IMG/VR virus record: IMGVR_UViG_3300025018_000078
Span: 1-34,796 of that record
Direction: 5' to 3' (one strand)
DNA length: 34,796 bases
Source of the DNA: a virus
Lineage: Duplodnaviria > Caudoviricetes
The notes below the pieces were generated by a model. It worked only from the letters and a program-made list of their open reading frames with translations. It was not told the origin of the DNA and did no database searches. The number at the start of each line of letters is the position of its first letter. Positions within the stretch are counted from its first letter, which is position 1. The position numbers and the translations under genes were made by a program. Of this stretch, positions 27,628-34,456 are shown in pieces.

Positions 27628-27851
27628 CCTACCGAATCCGCTACTACCTATGCCTTGTGGCCTTACCTATCACCGCTGCGCTTTGCCTTAATATCGGGCA
27701 TACGTTGGGCTTGGAGGACATGGCACAGTCCTACGACAAAGCAAACGGCGCAAAGCTGCAACAGATCGCAGAGATACGCAGTGTGCTTTGTGAACTACCA
27801 GTCGGCGGCTCGGTTTGTATGCCGAGGTTGCCAGTTAGAAAACCGATTTAA
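27624..27851 (+). CDS. Hypothetical membrane-anchored protein
   Basis: N-terminal hydrophobic helix, ATGA overlap, PVRKP tail. Confidence 0.6.
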   Translation: MTYRIRYYLCLVALPITAALCLNIGHTLGLEDMAQSYDKANGAKLQQIAEIRSVLCELPVGGSVCMPRLPVRKPI

Positions 27852-27857
27852 GTTTAT

Positions 27858-27953
27858 GGGGTAGCGTCTGGTTCGTGACCAGAGGGGAAATTTGCCACAG
27901 TACAATCCCGCCGCTTAGCAACCGGACAGTCAGCCAATCTGACCACCCCGCCA
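27858..27953 (+). ncRNA. tRNA-like multi-arm structured element ending in GCCA
   Basis: GGGGT/ACCCC closing stem plus GCCA; arms TCTGGT/ACCAGA, GGGA..TTG/CAA-TCCC, CCG/CGG, GTCAG/CTGAC; fills the gap between the 27851 stop and the 27971 start. Confidence 0.45.
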
Positions 27954-27970
27954 GAACAAGGAGAGAGAAG

Positions 27971-28216
27971 ATGAAAAAGACATGGGCTGAAAAGGGAGAG
28001 AGCGCCTTCCCGCTTCCTGCCGTTTACACACCAGAAGGCATGAATGCTCACCGCCAAGAGTACGGAATGTCTTTGCGAGATTATTTTGCTGGACAGGCTT
28101 TGCAGGGGCTTCTATGCATGGGGTATGGCAAGGCTGATGGACCAGATGGAATAAAGTACGGTGCAGAAACGGCTTATAAGTTTGCAGACGCTATGATTGC
28201 AGAGAGGGTAAAATGA
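27971..28216 (+). CDS. Phage protein of the GM(S/T)LRDYFA family
   Basis: AFP...GMSLRDYFAGQALQG...AY.FADAMI.ER; AAGGAG RBS. Confidence 0.8.
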   Translation: MKKTWAEKGESAFPLPAVYTPEGMNAHRQEYGMSLRDYFAGQALQGLLCMGYGKADGPDGIKYGAETAYKFADAMIAERVK

Positions 28217-28656
28217 ACATGGCCACCACAACCGAAGTAATCCGCGAGGGGGATGAGCGTGAGAAGGCTTTGCGTGCGTTCGAAAATGCGATTGACGATA
28301 AGGGCATTTTGAAAACGCTGATGGGGTTAGATACCAGCTATTCAGCGCAAAACAGGCGCGCCCAAGATGCAGCGGAATGCAGCGAAAAGTTACCGTGCGG
28401 GAACGTGACGGTGAGGCACATTAAGGGGGCAGTAGAACGACTTAACGAAACATACCTTTTGAATAAAAATCTGCAAGGCTCTTTTTCAATACAAGAAATT
28501 GCTGACATTAAAACCCTCATCCGCGCCGCCACGCAGCAGCAGGAGGTGTCCGATGAGAGGTTTGAAATCATCTGCCAGATGGCGTGTATCCATACAACGG
28601 ACAGATTTAGACAATGGCTGGAAACAAACGGCTTCAAGATTGTGGGAGGGCCGTGA
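28213..28656 (+). CDS. Hypothetical protein
   Basis: ORF track, coupled overlaps at both ends. Confidence 0.6.
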   Translation: MNMATTTEVIREGDEREKALRAFENAIDDKGILKTLMGLDTSYSAQNRRAQDAAECSEKLPCGNVTVRHIKGAVERLNETYLLNKNLQGSFSIQEIADIKTLIRAATQQQEVSDERFEIICQMACIHTTDRFRQWLETNGFKIVGGP

Positions 28657-29516
28657 TGAATATTGTTGTATGGGTATCTGCGGGAGCCGCCAACGCGGCT
28701 GCTTTAAAAAAGACAGTTGATTTATATGGTGATAAGGCGAACATCCGCGCCGTTTATAATCCGGTCAAGGAAGAGCACAAAGACAATCTGCGCTTTTTGA
28801 AGGACGTAGAAAAATGGTGCGGCGTTGAAATAGAGATAGCTAAAAACCGCTCGTTTCCAACGAATAGCGCAATTAAGGTTTGGCGCAAGCGTGGCTACAT
28901 GTCGGGTATCTATGGCGCACCATGCACGGAGAATTTAAAAAAAGAAGCCCGTCGTCAATGGGAAGATGTGAACGCGTATTTTGCTAATACCTGCTACAAC
29001 GTGTTCGGTTTTACCGTCGGAGAAGAAACCCGCCATACCGAGCGCGTCAAAGACGGGATGAAAATGCTTCCCGTTCTTATTTCGGAAGGTATGACGAAAG
29101 ACGACTGTTTTAAATTTGTAAAAGATGCAGGGGTCAATCTGCCTGCAATATATAGCATTTCGTCGCCATTTGGCACTGGATTCCCTAATGCAAACTGCAT
29201 TGGATGCGTAAAGGCGACCAGCGCCACCTATTGGAATCATGTGCGGCACACATTCCCCGCTCGGTTTTAATTCCTTGCAAAGTTGTCTCGATTTTTGGGC
29301 GCGAGACTGGTCAGATGCCACCCAAAATATTTACCGTTTTATAAACTTAGTGACGGAAGGTGGACCGACACCCGTGACGGTTCGCAGCCGTATAACGAAA
29401 AAGGAAAGTTTGAAAGTCCTAGGATTTTTCTTGATGAATTACCGCCAGATGCGCGTGGACGTTCAATGAAAACAATGAAAATCGAATGTGGCATTAGCTG
29501 CGGAAGGGATGATTGA
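28656..29516 (+). pseudogene. PAPS-reductase-like (adenine nucleotide alpha-hydrolase) gene interrupted by an in-frame TAA at 29268-29270
   Basis: WVSAGAANA PP-loop-like motif, GAPCT..LKK, GFT..E..R, NANCIGCVK; the same frame continues after the TAA with LGARLVR..RIFLDELPP..ECGISC. Confidence 0.75.
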
Positions 29517-29743
29517 AAATGTCATGTTATTGCGGAGACTGCCAAAAATGCGGCCATAAGTGCGGCTTTTGCGGGGCAAATTATGACGGATACTTTCCGA
29601 ATGATAAACCTTCTTGCGATTGTGCGGAAAAATATAAAGCACAGAAATCTAAACAAAAAATGAATGAGAATTTATTAGATAAAATAGAAGTATGGAGTCC
29701 AATTTTACCGTGGGATACCAGAACAGAACAGAAGGAATTATAA
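29513..29743 (+). CDS. Cys-rich small protein
   Basis: Eight Cys in CxC/CxxC patterns; overlap with the upstream stop. Confidence 0.55.
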   Translation: MKMSCYCGDCQKCGHKCGFCGANYDGYFPNDKPSCDCAEKYKAQKSKQKMNENLLDKIEVWSPILPWDTRTEQKEL

Positions 29744-29745
29744 CA

Positions 29746-30069
29746 ATGACAACCCCCACCCCCGACCAGTGCCGCGAGAATGCACTATATGCGTTAACTC
29801 GACTTTCTCATGGATACCCATACGAAGATCCAAACGCATCTTTTGATAACTCGCTGGACATAGAGACAGTACAAGCCGCCATTCAATCACGCCCCACGGA
29901 GGAGCAAGCATGCGAAACCTGCAAGGACGATCCAGCAACATGCGCTATGGTTACGTCACTGCGTCACTGTGAGGCCGCGAACAGGGAGCAACCCGCTGGC
30001 GATAGGCGGGAGGCTTTGGACAGCCTTACAACAATCGCCACGCTCGACAAGATAATGGAGGGGCAGTGA
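29746..30069 (+). CDS. Hypothetical protein
   Basis: AAGGA RBS before MTTPTP; CxxC motif. Confidence 0.55.
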   Translation: MTTPTPDQCRENALYALTRLSHGYPYEDPNASFDNSLDIETVQAAIQSRPTEEQACETCKDDPATCAMVTSLRHCEAANREQPAGDRREALDSLTTIATLDKIMEGQ

Positions 30070-30221
30070 TGGAGTATATTTTAATCGTATATATATATAG
30101 TGCCAAAACTAGATGTATTGAAATGCAGGAAATATCTACAAAAGAACAATGCCTGTTTATTGCCGCCGAAATAGAGAAAGTAGCAGGCTATGGTGTAAAA
30201 ACCATGTGTTACCCCAAATGA
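30069..30221 (+). CDS. 50-aa phage protein (MEYILIVY...QC..A...CYPK)
   Basis: Read by hand; GGAGGG RBS, TGATG coupling. Confidence 0.6.
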   Translation: MEYILIVYIYSAKTRCIEMQEISTKEQCLFIAAEIEKVAGYGVKTMCYPK

Positions 30222-30262
30222 CCCGCCCCAACAAATCAAAATGGCGCAGGCTGAAAAAGGGC

Positions 30263-30291
30263 TTGTGTTTATAAAATACCTACGCTATAAA
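30263..30291 (+). promoter_or_regulatory. sigma70-like promoter
   Basis: TTGTGT-N17-TATAAA; predicted start near 30298. Confidence 0.55.
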
Positions 30292-30297
30292 TAACCC

Positions 30298-30395
30298 AAC
30301 AAGAGAACAGGGATGATCTCACGCAATAGATCGAAGCAAATACGGCGCAACCCCACCCGCGCAAGTCTGTCCGGCCTTCATCCCGCCGTCTTGTT
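30298..30395 (+). ncRNA. Structured leader/sRNA motif, copy 1
   Basis: AACAAGA/TCTTGTT, GGGAT/ATCCC, GCGC/GCGC, CGGC/GCCG pairings; homologous to 34321-34398. Confidence 0.7.
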
Positions 30396-30403
30396 TGTAA
30401 CAC

Positions 30404-30442
30404 GCCGACCCCGTTTGACAGGCGCGGGGCGGTATTAATTTT
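30404..30442 (+). terminator. Terminator-like bulged hairpin after motif copy 1
   Basis: GCCG-A-CCCCG...CGGGG-CGGT followed by ATTAATTTT, then AGGAG RBS. Confidence 0.5.
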
Positions 30443-30454
30443 AGGAGATTTGGG

Positions 30455-30748
30455 ATGAAAAAGATATACAAGTATGTACTTGATTACAGTCGAATGGGAT
30501 ATGTGGATGGACTGTTCATTGCGGAAGAATCTGAAATTCAGGCAGCAATGGGAAAGACAATATACTTCGGAGAAATCCTTGGTAAGTATTCGGAAGTAAT
30601 CGACGATCTAACAGAGGATAGCTTGACTGTTCTTTCTGACAATCAGGACTTTATTGCTAAGTTTATCGAAGTGATGGGCGATGGAACAATTTCTGGATAT
30701 AACCCGCTTGACTATATTCAGGACGAAGACGAAGATGAGGACGAATAA
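30455..30748 (+). CDS. Acidic phage hypothetical protein
   Basis: RMG.V.GLFIA, YFGEILGK.SE, SGYNPLDY motifs; AGGAG RBS. Confidence 0.75.
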   Translation: MKKIYKYVLDYSRMGYVDGLFIAEESEIQAAMGKTIYFGEILGKYSEVIDDLTEDSLTVLSDNQDFIAKFIEVMGDGTISGYNPLDYIQDEDEDEDE

Positions 30749-30882
30749 AATTAACCCCTGATTTATCAACACTCAAACCAACGAAAGGCCTTGAGATTGT
30801 TCAGATAGAATATATGAGACAGGGGATTAACGGGGCGGCTGCATCTTCGGGTGCGGTCGTCCTGATTAACAAGGGATGAGAT

Positions 30883-31032
30883 ATGACCAACGACTACAAA
30901 GAAGAAGACAAACCAAAGCGCGAGCCAGTAAAGCGAAACTGCCTTGTATGCGAAAAGCCTTTTATAGCCGATGGTCGGTTTATCAGGCTGTGCGATTTGC
31001 ACAGGAAAGATGTTTATGATGGGGGGTGTTGA
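30883..31032 (+). CDS. 49-aa Zn-finger-like protein (RNCLVCEKPF...RLCDLH)
   Basis: Read by hand; stop abuts the next GTG start. Confidence 0.65.
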   Translation: MTNDYKEEDKPKREPVKRNCLVCEKPFIADGRFIRLCDLHRKDVYDGGC

Positions 31033-31242
31033 GTGACCGACCTAACCAAAGAAAATCTGGACGCGATCATGGAGGCTTATGATCGAGGATTAATCACACC
31101 AACAGACAATTACAGACTGGCAAAACGCAATGGCGAGATTGTATTGCAGCGGCTAATTAACCATAGCAATGGCAAAGACTGGCCAGAGCAAAAATGGGAA
31201 GATTGCGAAACGGTGGTTTTGGAGGATAAAGATAATGCTTAA
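31033..31242 (+). CDS. Hypothetical protein
   Basis: VLQ...W.D..TV motif; overlaps the rtcB start. Confidence 0.6.
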   Translation: MTDLTKENLDAIMEAYDRGLITPTDNYRLAKRNGEIVLQRLINHSNGKDWPEQKWEDCETVVLEDKDNA

Positions 31243-32410
31243 AGTTATTGGACAACATGACGATGCGACAATTGCGCAGGCCAACAATGTCCTTGCAAAA
31301 GGTGCTGACAGGTTCATCCTTTGTGCGGATGGACACCTTGGATACGGCCACCCTATCGGCGGTGTAGCCGCCTACAAAGACCGCATTTCCATTTCAGGTG
31401 TTGGCTTTGATATTGCCTGTGGAAACATGGCTGTTAAGCTTCCAGTAAAGATTAAAGAAATCAAGGGCAGCCTTCAATCAATCGGGGAGCAGATCGCAAC
31501 CCGTATTTCCTTTGGTGTGGGTAGAACAAACGCTGAAAAGGTTGAGGCTGAATTTTTGGATACGGAAGCAAACTGGAACAATGAAGCCTTATCAGGACTT
31601 AAAGACCTTGCCGCCACGCAGCTTGGAACGGTTGGCAGCGGAAACCATTACGTTGATGTTTTCCATGATGAGGACGGATTTGTCTGGATCGGAGTTCACT
31701 TCGGCTCTCGTGGACTTGGACACAAGGCAACAACACATTTCCTTAAAGCTATGGGGGCAAAAGACGGTATTAACTCTGATCCTTGCATTGTTGACTTAAA
31801 CAGTGACGTAGGACAGAACTATCTGGAAGCTATGACGCTTGGCGGCAAGTACGCCTATGCTGGCCGTGAATGGGTATGCAAGACCGTTGCGGAAATCATC
31901 ACTGGTAAAGATGAATACCTTGATGAAGTCCACAATCACCACAACTTTGCCTTTCTTGAGGAACATGACGGAGAGACATACTATGTTGTTCGCAAGGGGG
32001 CAACCCCTGCATTTCCTAATCAGCGTTGTTTTGTCGGCGGTTCTATGGGCGATATGTCTGTAATCCTTGAGGGGATGGACACGCCAGCAGCGAAAGAGAA
32101 TCTTTATTCGACGGTTCACGGCGCGGGGCGTGTACTTTCACGCACGGCAGCGGCGGGGGAAAGCAAATGGATTGGCGGCAAAAAGGTGCGTGTTTCGGAA
32201 GGTTTGGTAAATGAGGACGCTATGCGTTCAAAGATGTCAGATAAAGGAATCCTGCTTTTTGGCGCTGGGGCTGACGAAGCACCTGAATGCTATAAAAACA
32301 TTGAGGAAGTTCTTGGTTTTCACAGTGACAGCGTAGCTATTAAACACAGACTTACACCTGTGATTGTTGCAATGGCTGGCGCAAACGAGTATGATCCTTA
32401 CAAGGATTAA
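31235..32410 (+). CDS. rtcB: RtcB RNA 2',3'-cyclic-phosphate/3'-phosphate:5'-OH ligase
   Basis: DGH.GYG.PIGG, VGFDIACG, LGT.GSGNHY, H.GSRG.G, HN, RKGAT, GSMG, HGAGR, DEAP..YK; GGAGG RBS before ATG at 31235. Confidence 0.95.
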   Translation: MLKVIGQHDDATIAQANNVLAKGADRFILCADGHLGYGHPIGGVAAYKDRISISGVGFDIACGNMAVKLPVKIKEIKGSLQSIGEQIATRISFGVGRTNAEKVEAEFLDTEANWNNEALSGLKDLAATQLGTVGSGNHYVDVFHDEDGFVWIGVHFGSRGLGHKATTHFLKAMGAKDGINSDPCIVDLNSDVGQNYLEAMTLGGKYAYAGREWVCKTVAEIITGKDEYLDEVHNHHNFAFLEEHDGETYYVVRKGATPAFPNQRCFVGGSMGDMSVILEGMDTPAAKENLYSTVHGAGRVLSRTAAAGESKWIGGKKVRVSEGLVNEDAMRSKMSDKGILLFGAGADEAPECYKNIEEVLGFHSDSVAIKHRLTPVIVAMAGANEYDPYKD

Positions 32411-32416
32411 ATAGTG

Positions 32417-32495
32417 CGGAGAGTGGGGAAGTCAGGCCGTTCCCGTTGCTTTTGGAAAGCAAAGCTCGTAGGTTCAAATCCTACCTCTCCGACCA
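32417..32495 (+). tRNA. tRNA-Pro(UGG) with encoded CCA
   Basis: CGGAGAG/CTCTCCG acceptor (C1-G72, A73), GGGA/TCCC D stem, TTGCT/AGCAA anticodon stem with loop TT-TGG-AA, GTAGG-TTCAAAT-CCTAC T arm. Confidence 0.93.
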
Positions 32496-32795
32496 CTAAT
32501 CCTCCTCCCCCTCATCATCCTCAAAATCCGCATAGCCGATAAGATCATCCTTGATCTCGTCGCGCAAATCTTCCAGCGTCAGACAGGCTAGTGCGGAATG
32601 GTACGGCGTGTCAGGAAGAAAGCCCCAATCCGTAAAATCGTTCTCGTCAATCGCCAGAATGAACACGGATTTAAACCGACCGTCTTTTAGAGCCTTTGCC
32701 CAACGCCGCATGAATTGCTGCACCTGTTCACCTTCCGGCGTTTCGATGCGCTCTATGGGCTTGCGGGTTTGTATATCAAGGACGTTGTCGGTCAT
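32496..32795 (-). CDS. Hypothetical acidic-tailed protein
   Basis: MTDNVL start with ATGA overlap to the upstream gene. Confidence 0.65.
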   Translation of the reverse strand: MTDNVLDIQTRKPIERIETPEGEQVQQFMRRWAKALKDGRFKSVFILAIDENDFTDWGFLPDTPYHSALACLTLEDLRDEIKDDLIGYADFEDDEGEED

Positions 32796-33892
32796 AGCAT
32801 TTCCGGCCTTATGGTAACACGTGAAACTTCCCCGTATTCTTTGGAGTAGGTTATCACACATGCGCCGCGATTGGATACATAACCCCCGCTGGCTGAATGT
32901 GCGTCCTTTGCTGCTAAGGTAGGGTGCTGCTCGACGATCATCAAGCTATCTTCTTTGCTGGCGACATGGTGCAAGTGACCCATATGCGCGTAGCTATATT
33001 TGGTCTTACCCCATAACTGACGGTATAGCCCTGCGAATGTCTGACTGATTTCGTTAAGCCGTTTCTTGTGGCCGTGGTGGAAGAACAAAGACGTATTACC
33101 CCACTCGACCGCATAGTAAGGATTGGGGCTGTTGTCCACTGTTACACGCGGCTCTTGCTCATAGAACGCTTTGAACATTTCCCGTAGCCATACGGATGAT
33201 GCTAGGTCGTGGTTACCTTCACATAATACAATATGCACATTGATATGCTTTTGTAACAACATTGTAACAATACGGCGCATGGCACGGATAGCCACGCGGA
33301 CAATCTGGCAGTATCTGCTGTCAGCGTCTAAGACGTGCTTTGAGGTGGGTGTAACGGCTTCTAGGCTGTCATAGTGCAGGAAGTCACCCAGCTGCGCTAG
33401 AACGGCTGTTTCGGACTTTGGAGCGGCTTCTATCGCTGCGGAGAACCAGTCCACCAGCATTTGTTCGGCAATCTCTATATTCCAATCTGCGCCTGTTTCC
33501 TCTGCCCATGATAATTGCCCGAGGTGGTAGTCTGTTAATACGTAAACACTAGCAAGACTGTCCTTTGTCCTAGGACTGGATTTGGACGGCTTGGCGGGGG
33601 GTATGCTGTCTTTCAGGGCTTGCGCGGCTTCTCGGAGCATATCTTGTTGACGTTCCAGATCAGCCGTAGTCTTAACCCACGTCATGCGCTCGTTGCCGTC
33701 TTTGTCGTATAGCGTTGATGTGCCTTTGAGTTTCTGACCGTCTGGCATCATGGCTTTGTGTAGTCGATAGGCGAGTGTTCTGACGGGTATGCCAAGCTGT
33801 CTTGCCGCTTCTGCCTTATTCCCCTGCGCCTTTTCAAACGCGTCCAGAGCCTGTTGCTTTAAATCCTCTGACAATGGCGCAACGCCCATCAC
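32792..33892 (-). CDS. Calcineurin-like metallophosphoesterase with N-terminal Fis-type HTH
   Basis: GNKAEAARQLGI...TL..RL HTH; TDYHLG, LGDFLH.D, GNHD, HHGH, GHLHH motifs. Confidence 0.85.
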   Translation of the reverse strand: MMGVAPLSEDLKQQALDAFEKAQGNKAEAARQLGIPVRTLAYRLHKAMMPDGQKLKGTSTLYDKDGNERMTWVKTTADLERQQDMLREAAQALKDSIPPAKPSKSSPRTKDSLASVYVLTDYHLGQLSWAEETGADWNIEIAEQMLVDWFSAAIEAAPKSETAVLAQLGDFLHYDSLEAVTPTSKHVLDADSRYCQIVRVAIRAMRRIVTMLLQKHINVHIVLCEGNHDLASSVWLREMFKAFYEQEPRVTVDNSPNPYYAVEWGNTSLFFHHGHKKRLNEISQTFAGLYRQLWGKTKYSYAHMGHLHHVASKEDSLMIVEQHPTLAAKDAHSASGGYVSNRGACVITYSKEYGEVSRVTIRPEML

Positions 33893-34227
33893 CCACCCCT
33901 TTCAAAAGCCGCCGCCCAGTCGTAACCCTTGGAAATGACACAGGCGGTTTGTTTCTCGTCAATGGCGATAATCACCCAATAGCCCAACCTAGGGCTGACA
34001 AATAGCTGGAACACCATATGCTGGTCAGATATGAACGTAGCCGCAAAGGCATAGCCGTTTTTCAGATAGTGCCCGACCATTACTTTTTGCGTAGCGCATG
34101 GAAAACTGTCTTTAGCAAGGAGAGGTAAAGGTAGAAACACAGCACCAAAAAAAAACACAGCCAAGGCGCAAACCCTGACTGTGTTTTTAAGGCGTGTGTG
34201 GAGGATACGTAAATCAAGCAATGGCAT
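33889..34227 (-). CDS. Hypothetical exported/membrane protein
   Basis: Signal-like hydrophobic segment, two Cys in the mature part; GGGAG RBS. Confidence 0.6.
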   Translation of the reverse strand: MPLLDLRILHTRLKNTVRVCALAVFFFGAVFLPLPLLAKDSFPCATQKVMVGHYLKNGYAFAATFISDQHMVFQLFVSPRLGYWVIIAIDEKQTACVISKGYDWAAAFERGG

Positions 34228-34242
34228 TACTCCCTGTTGATA

Positions 34243-34271
34243 AGTATAGTTAAAAAACGGTTAATTGTCTT
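34243..34271 (-). promoter_or_regulatory. Promoter with a CtrA-type box in the spacer
   Basis: Minus strand AAGACA-N17-TATACT; spacer contains TTAA-CCGTTTT-TTAAC. Confidence 0.6.
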
Positions 34272-34284
34272 TCAAATTGTTTTC

Positions 34285-34313
34285 TTGACACTTCCACGTT
34301 CATGCCCTAATAT
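34285..34313 (+). promoter_or_regulatory. sigma70 promoter
   Basis: TTGACA-N17-TAATAT; predicted start near 34320. Confidence 0.75.
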
Positions 34314-34320
34314 CCATCAA

Positions 34321-34398
34321 ATCAAGGGTAGGGATGCCTCACAAAATTCAAACTAGCGCATGTGCGCGAGTATATCCGGTTTATCCCACCGCCTTGAT
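34321..34398 (+). ncRNA. Structured leader/sRNA motif, copy 2
   Basis: ATCAAGG/CCTTGAT, GGGAT/ATCCC, GCGC/GCGC, CGGT/ACCG pairings; homologous to 30298-30395. Confidence 0.7.
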
Positions 34399-34403
34399 AT
34401 GCC

Positions 34404-34438
34404 TCCAGTCCGTTCTGATATGCGGCGGCTGGATTTTT
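34404..34438 (+). terminator. Terminator-like bulged hairpin after motif copy 2
   Basis: TCCAGTC..GGCTGGA stem followed by TTTTT, then RBS. Confidence 0.6.
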
Positions 34439-34456
34439 AAGGAAAGGGATAGACTA

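Noticed and set aside
29268-29270. Genome-wide stop-codon reassignment or suppressor tRNA
   Set aside because: TAA, TAG and TGA all end conserved genes normally, and the only clear tRNA reads Pro
30298-30395. Y RNA, 6S RNA or a known ribozyme/riboswitch
   Set aside because: No Ro60 gene or Ro-binding helix, too short for 6S, and I could not match hammerhead, HDV, twister or pistol cores by eye; an Rfam search is still needed
32470-32495. tRNA 3' end as attP
   Set aside because: No integrase was recognised, I saw no second copy, and the tRNA is full length
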